DNA of 64,000 nucleotides from a virus (Duplodnaviria; Heunggongvirae; Uroviricota; Caudoviricetes), in the IMG/VR virus record IMGVR_UViG_3300046506_000279; one strand, 5' to 3'. Positions 59,541 through 64,000 of this stretch are shown one piece after another (the stretch's first letter is position 1; each line of letters opens with the position of its first letter). The position numbers and the translations under genes were made by a program. The notes below the pieces were generated by a model. The model was not told where the DNA came from, searched no databases, and saw only the letters and a program-made list of their open reading frames with translations.

Positions 59541-59587
59541 GGCGGCGCAGGTGCCGGCGCCGGCTCCTGCTGCCGCGCCGGGGCAAG

Positions 59588-59612
59588 AAAAAGGCGCGGA
59601 CCAGGCCGCGCC
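59588..59612 (-). terminator. rho-independent terminator (minus strand)
   Basis: On the minus strand: GGCGCGG-cctggt-CCGCGCC (7-bp perfect stem) followed by TTTTT. It is 25 nt after the stop of gene 59637..60581. Confidence 0.6.
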
Positions 59613-59636
59613 GAAGGGGAAGGATCTGGCTTGGTT

Positions 59637-60581
59637 TTATCGGGCCAGCCGCAGCGGGAAGCGGTGCGCCACGGCGGCCTCCACTTCGGCGGCCAGCGCC
59701 GGGGCGTGCTGGTCGAAGGCGCGCTGGTAGTGGGGCTGGGCGTGGCGGCTTTCGGCCACCGCCAGCAGCGCGGTGGTGCGCAGCGCCGGTTCCGTGATGG
59801 CGGCCAGGGTGGCAATGTCGTCGGCGGCCATGCCCGCGCCTTCCTCGCGGCCGAGGGCGTCCCTGGGCGCACTCATCACGATACTGGCGGTGCCGATCAC
59901 TGCATTCAGGCGCGCGGCTTGCTGCTGGATCTGCTCGGCGCTCAGGTCGGCCGCCGCCAGCTGCGGCGCCAGCTCCGGCGCCAGGCGCAGGGTTTCGGCC
60001 GCATAGTCGGCATGGGCGCGGGCGCTCTCGGCCATCGCCAGCAGCGCCTGCTGGCGCACGGCGGGTGCCTGGATGTGGCGCAGCATGTCGACGTCGTCGC
60101 AGGCCAGCGTGCGCGCCTGCGCGGCGCTGGTCGCGCTGTCGGTGGTCCACCTGACGTGGTAGTCGATTTCCCGTGCCAGCTGCGCCTCGTAGCGGGCCTG
60201 GCCGGCGCGGTCGGCGGCATGCTCGGGGCGGGTGTCCCAGTCGATCGGCAGCTGGGCGGGGGTGGCGTCGGGGGTGGCCATGCGGTAGCTCCTGGTGGGG
60301 GGAAGGGGTGCCTGCTCGGGGGCGGCGGGGTCTGGTTCAGGGCTGGCGGCCAGCACTTGCTGGCGCAGGCGTTCCCAGTGCGCGCGCTGGGCCGCGTGGG
60401 CGTGCAGGGTGGCGCGGTGGTCGTCGACCAGGGCCATCGCCGCTGCATCGGACAGCGGCGGGCCGACGGCGTCGCCGCTCAGGATCGCCACCTGGGCCTG
60501 CCAGCGCGCCCTCTGCGCGCCCAGTTGTTGGCCGCTGGCGCGGTAGGCCGCCAGCACGGTCAGCAGTTCTGTTGCATCCAT
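59637..60581 (-). CDS. hypothetical Ala/Arg-rich protein (314 aa)
   Basis: MDATELLTVLAAYRASGQQLGAQRARWQAQVAILSG..., followed by a terminator. Confidence 0.45.
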   Translation of the reverse strand: MDATELLTVLAAYRASGQQLGAQRARWQAQVAILSGDAVGPPLSDAAAMALVDDHRATLHAHAAQRAHWERLRQQVLAASPEPDPAAPEQAPLPPTRSYRMATPDATPAQLPIDWDTRPEHAADRAGQARYEAQLAREIDYHVRWTTDSATSAAQARTLACDDVDMLRHIQAPAVRQQALLAMAESARAHADYAAETLRLAPELAPQLAAADLSAEQIQQQAARLNAVIGTASIVMSAPRDALGREEGAGMAADDIATLAAITEPALRTTALLAVAESRHAQPHYQRAFDQHAPALAAEVEAAVAHRFPLRLAR

Positions 60582-60827
60582 TGCCTTCCTCCACGGTCAG
60601 CCCCGCTTCACGGCAGCGCAGGTCGGCGTCGGCGTGCAGGGCGGCGATCTCCAAGGTAGCGCAAGCGCGGCGTTCGACTGTTGACAAATCCAGAACAAAC
60701 TGGCGCAGCGTGCGCTGGCTCAGCTTGGGCAGGTCGGCTGGCGCAAGCGGGGCAGGGATGTAGATCAAAGCCAGTCTCATCTGGTGGACTATCGTGAAGC
60801 CTCCCCCACCAATCGAAGGGTCATACC

Positions 60828-61934
60828 ATGACACATCAGTTTCCCCGCCTCGGCGCGCTCGTTGCGCTGGTCCTGCTGGCTGCGTGCAGCGGCAACAGCG
60901 AATCGGCGACACCGACCACGAAAGCCCCCGTCGCCACTGCCGCCACCCTGCAGGTGACGCTGCAGCCGGCTGGCACCGGCCAGCACCAGCTGGTGCCCGG
61001 CGTCGCCAGCTGGCTCGACCAGTACGACGGCGACTACCGGCTGTGCATTCCGACCACTTGCGCGGTGCTGCTGCCGGTCGCGGTGATGGACGGCTGGAAC
61101 GTTTCTCTGCTCACCGGCAATGACGGCACGCCGCTGCTGTCATTCAAGCCGAGCGGCGTGGTACGGCCGCAATACCAGCTGGACGCCGCGCGCGAGCTGA
61201 TGCGCGTGCGGCTGGCCGAAGTGGCGGCGCGGCTGGCGCTCAAGACCAGCAAGCAATTTTGCGCCGACGGCGATGGCGACAATCCGCTGCGCGACGGCAA
61301 CGGGCGCACCAGCAAGACGGCGGCGCGCCCCGGTGGCAGCAGCCTGTGCGGCAGCACGGGCACTGGCGACGAACCCGGCCCCTCTGGCGGCGGTGGCGGC
61401 GGCTTTGACGGGCCGGTCGAGTACGTGCCCGGCGAGCGCCCGCCTCCTGGCGAGCCGTGGGGCGGGGTGCCCGGCGGTGGCGGGCTGGAACCACCGGCAC
61501 CGGATGGCGGCGGCGGCGATACCAGCGAAGTCGGCAATCCGGTCCCGGCCGGCTGCATCCTGCTGCCGCCCGCCGAGCTGATTTGCGGGCTGCCCGTGGT
61601 GCCGGTCCCGGCGCCCAGGCCGGAGGGCGATCCCGACGCCTTGCCGCGCATGCCGCCGGTGTGGGACTGGTGCGCCATCCTCGGCATCGGCTGCAGCGGC
61701 ACCGACAACCCGCCGCGCCCGCAGTTGCCGCCCGAACTGGACCCGTACAAGGCCTACTGCCAGGCGCGCTACATCGCCGAGGCCAAGGAATGCCTGCACA
61801 AGGGCGAGCAGATCGTCGACCCGGCGCAGCGCCATGAAAGCATTAACGCCTGCCTGGGGCAGAAATCGGTGGAATTTGCGCACTGCATGGGCGAGAGCGC
61901 GCCATTGCTGAGCCCTGCGGCCGGCGCCATGTGA
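60828..61934 (+). CDS. lipoprotein, Pro/Gly-rich (368 aa)
   Basis: MTHQFPRLGALVALVLLAACSGNSESA has a signal peptide and lipobox (LAAC). It has Gly/Pro low-complexity regions and a C-terminal Cys-rich region. GAAGGG SD. Confidence 0.6.
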   Translation: MTHQFPRLGALVALVLLAACSGNSESATPTTKAPVATAATLQVTLQPAGTGQHQLVPGVASWLDQYDGDYRLCIPTTCAVLLPVAVMDGWNVSLLTGNDGTPLLSFKPSGVVRPQYQLDAARELMRVRLAEVAARLALKTSKQFCADGDGDNPLRDGNGRTSKTAARPGGSSLCGSTGTGDEPGPSGGGGGGFDGPVEYVPGERPPPGEPWGGVPGGGGLEPPAPDGGGGDTSEVGNPVPAGCILLPPAELICGLPVVPVPAPRPEGDPDALPRMPPVWDWCAILGIGCSGTDNPPRPQLPPELDPYKAYCQARYIAEAKECLHKGEQIVDPAQRHESINACLGQKSVEFAHCMGESAPLLSPAAGAM

Positions 61935-62196
61935 GCAGGAGGTGAAAACGCCCTGTGGATAAGCCCGGCACAGGGGGGGGACGGGATGTGCAGAAGTGGC
62001 GGCGCCGTGCGGGCGCGGATTTTTATCCCCAAACGCTGCACCGCAAACCGGGCGCTTGCGCGCACCCGTGCGCATGCGCCAAGTCCTTGGTTTGCAAGGC
62101 ATTTTCCACCTTATCCACGGCGTGGCGCGGGCCTATTACTATCATTAGTTTGTATAAGAAGCTTAGTGTTAACAACGATGGCCAGGCGTACAGGCG

Positions 62197-62227
62197 AAAA
62201 AAAACCCCCACCCGGGTAGGGTGGGGG
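62197..62227 (-). terminator. strong rho-independent terminator (minus strand)
   Basis: On the minus strand: CCCCCACCC-taccc-GGGTGGGGG (9-bp stem) followed by TTTTTTTT. Confidence 0.55.
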
Positions 62228-62341
62228 CTTCTTCACTTCCGCGAGAAAGACAGGCTGAGGTCTTAGAATAGGGCGGCACACATATCTATGCAAGCGGATT
62301 TTTCCGGGTTATCCTAGGCGCCCGCCCTCACGTTTGTCATC

Positions 62342-62803
62342 ATGCCTTCCCTGCGCCGCCATAAATCCCTGCTGTATGCCCGCCTGGGCGCGCTGCCGCT
62401 GCACCTGATGGGCATGCGCAGCGCGTTGATGGACTCGATCATCGGGCGGCCGATGTTCTACATCCTCAAGGGCCATACCCCGCTGGCGGTGCCGTTCTGG
62501 CGCTATGCCTGGAATGCGGAAACCCGGCGCAGCCCGATCACCACGGTTGCCCGCTCGTGGGTCGGGCGCTACTGGGTGTCGACCATCTTCCTCGGGGTTG
62601 ATTCCAACCCGTTCAGCAAGGTGCCGCTGCTGTTCGAAACCATGGCCTTCACCATGCACCCGGATGGCTCGCGCGAGTCGCACGATGAGCAATACCGCTA
62701 TCCCAGCTGGGCCGCGGCGATCCGTGGCCACCGCCGCTTGGTGGCGCGGCTGGCCAGCGCCCACGCGCAGATTTACCGACGCCGGCCGGCCCCCGACACT
62801 TAA
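62342..62803 (+). CDS. hypothetical protein (153 aa)
   Basis: MPSLRRHKSLLYARLGALPLHLMGMRSALMDSIIGRPMFYILKGHTPLAVPFWRYAWNAETRR... Confidence 0.45.
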   Translation: MPSLRRHKSLLYARLGALPLHLMGMRSALMDSIIGRPMFYILKGHTPLAVPFWRYAWNAETRRSPITTVARSWVGRYWVSTIFLGVDSNPFSKVPLLFETMAFTMHPDGSRESHDEQYRYPSWAAAIRGHRRLVARLASAHAQIYRRRPAPDT

Positions 62804-63084
62804 ATCTGGTCCATGGGTTCGCAGGGATAGCCCGCGAGCCCCATGCGCGCGCCAACGTCCTGCGCCCACTGGCGCGCATAGTCGTCCAGCGCCGCCTTGG
62901 TCGGCGCCTTTTCGTACAGCCTGGCCAGGGTGATCTCGTAGGTGCGTCCCGGCTCGTCCCCCAGCACCTCCATCAGGTGCCCGGCCATAAGTTCATGCGT
63001 CATCCCACCGTTCTCGCAGCGCACGAAGAAATCGGCCATGCGGTCGTGCTTGTGGGCCTGCAGTTCCGGGGTCATTGCATCCAT
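62800..63084 (-). CDS. hypothetical protein (94 aa)
   Basis: MDAMTPELQAHKHDRMADFFVRCENGGMTHELMAGHLMEVLGDEPGRTYEITLARLYEK... Confidence 0.45.
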   Translation of the reverse strand: MDAMTPELQAHKHDRMADFFVRCENGGMTHELMAGHLMEVLGDEPGRTYEITLARLYEKAPTKAALDDYARQWAQDVGARMGLAGYPCEPMDQI

Positions 63085-63374
63085 GGCTTTGCCCCTTCGG
63101 CTTGGGTCCGCGCTTGCGCGCGCATGGCGGTGTCGAATTCCTGCTGGGTCGGATACTTGGCGTAGACCCAGGCCAGCAGCGCAGCATAGCTGCGCTCCGG
63201 GTGCGGCCGCGCCAGGTCCAGCAGGCGTTCCGCCATTTCCTCGCGCGTGGCCGTCCCGTTCGCGCAGCGTGCATCGAACGCCCGCCGGGCATCAATGATC
63301 GCCTTGTTCATCACGGCGACGGTTGCCATGTCCGGCTCCGGCCCCCATACGTCTTCGTCACGGATCAGTCGCAT
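63072..63374 (-). CDS. hypothetical protein (100 aa)
   Basis: MRLIRDEDVWGPEPDMATVAVMNKAIIDARRAFDARCANGTATREEMAERLLDLAR... It overlaps the downstream gene by 13 nt. Confidence 0.45.
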   Translation of the reverse strand: MRLIRDEDVWGPEPDMATVAVMNKAIIDARRAFDARCANGTATREEMAERLLDLARPHPERSYAALLAWVYAKYPTQQEFDTAMRAQARTQAEGAKPWMQ

Positions 63375-63524
63375 CCCTTTTACCCTTCCTTGTCAGTGTG
63401 CCCTCGCAAGGTAAGGCACCGATCATATCTACGCAAGTCGTGCCACACGCCCGCTGTTTTGGGTGCATGGAACGAGCGATCCAAGACCGCATGCGGTTTT
63501 GCACATACCGCATGCGGTATTTTT

Positions 63525-64000
63525 TTAGTCGCGCACCTCCGACAACTCGCGTTTGACCGCCTGTTTCAGCGCCTTGCCGGCGGTCTTCTGGGTGCGCGCC
63601 AGCGCATCCTCGCGCATCGCCTTGGCGCGGCGGATGATGCCCGGCATGCTGATGTTGACCTTGGTGTCCGGGTTTTTTTCGTTCCAGTCGTCGCGCATGT
63701 CCCGCGCCTCGGCCACCATCGCCTCGTCGTGGTTGGCGCGGCCCTGCGCCCAGTGCTCGGCAATCTCCTGGCTGCGCATGCGGGCCTGGCTGATCATGTT
63801 CAAGGCCTGGCCCTTGGCGTCCTGGATGGCGGCGGTGCTGTTGGGCTGGAAGCCGATCGCCTTCATCCCCGCTTCCAGCGGGGTGGTGTGGTTGACGATG
63901 TAGCCGCGCGCATCGCGGTAGGTGCCGGTGCGCGCCATGTCGATGCCCTGCACCACGTTGCGCACCGCCAGCGGCGCCAGGTCGTGCGCGGCGCCGGCCA
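63525..64000 (-). CDS. hypothetical phage protein (partial; may extend beyond window end)
   Basis: ORF 63525..63965 (MRNVVQGIDMARTGTYRDARGYIVNHTTPLEAG...). The reading frame stays open to the window edge. Confidence 0.4.
   Translation of the reverse strand, partial: AGAAHDLAPLAVRNVVQGIDMARTGTYRDARGYIVNHTTPLEAGMKAIGFQPNSTAAIQDAKGQALNMISQARMRSQEIAEHWAQGRANHDEAMVAEARDMRDDWNEKNPDTKVNISMPGIIRRAKAMREDALARTQKTAGKALKQAVKRELSEVRD

Noticed and set aside
1-64000. CRISPR array, integrase/att ends, rRNA
   Set aside because: No short regularly spaced repeats with unique spacers were seen. No tyrosine or serine recombinase motifs were seen in any long ORF. There is no rRNA-like conserved sequence. The element boundaries lie outside the window.

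Overview
The whole 64-kb window is high-GC (about 67%) temperate-phage DNA, with no ordinary host housekeeping genes. It is most likely a prophage or phage-plasmid of a Burkholderiales-type betaproteobacterium. Most genes are on the minus strand.

Reading the minus strand from high to low coordinates:
- **58.3-59.4 kb:** a ParA-like partition module.
- **48.7-57.7 kb:** an early region with SSB, small HTH proteins, a DUF551 protein and two giant modular Zn-finger proteins.
- **38.7-39.4 kb:** a divergent cI/cro-like immunity switch.
- **30.9-38.6 kb:** a leftward early operon (C5-MTase, DUF1367, PAPS-reductase-like, HNH/Ref-like, putative replication proteins, SPFH/band-7, Q-like Zn-finger).
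- **23.5-28.0 kb:** P22-like packaging genes (TerS, TerL, portal with C-terminal barrel).
- **18-21 kb:** scaffold and an N4-gp56-type major capsid.
- **8.2-17.8 kb:** tail and tailspike genes, including a 1221-aa tailspike with two tandem beta-helix domains.
- **6.2-8.2 kb:** a lysis cassette (153-aa coiled-coil/C-terminal-TM protein, lambda-R-type endolysin, holin-like, Zn-ribbon, 36-aa TM peptide, Rz with embedded Rz1).
- **0-2.9 kb:** a 699-aa virion-like protein and a truncated N6/N4 DNA methylase.

Plus-strand blocks:
- **3.4-6.2 kb:** a 7-gene island of unknown function.
- **28.6-30.9 kb:** a 4-gene island.
- **40.5-41.8 kb:** a Gp157 plus Rad52-like annealase recombination module.
- **43.7-48.7 kb:** an operon of about 17 tightly coupled small genes (H-NS-like, YkgJ-like, Zn-ribbons).

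Candidate novelties:
- Accessory genes inserted inside structural modules: a DUF2829 Tad2-like sponge candidate between scaffold and capsid, and a PT-TG-like paralog pair with a phosphatase pseudogene between portal and scaffold.
- The un-annotatable 3.4-6.2 kb island, next to a tRNA 3'-end-like fragment inside a roughly 300-bp duplication.
- Two giant repeat-modular Lar-type Zn-finger proteins, one with a MazG-like domain.
- Iterons next to a wHTH protein.
- A ParA partition module.

No CRISPR array, complete tRNA or integrase is visible. Gene-end coordinates follow the ORF track. Start codons I re-picked are accurate to about 1-3 nt.
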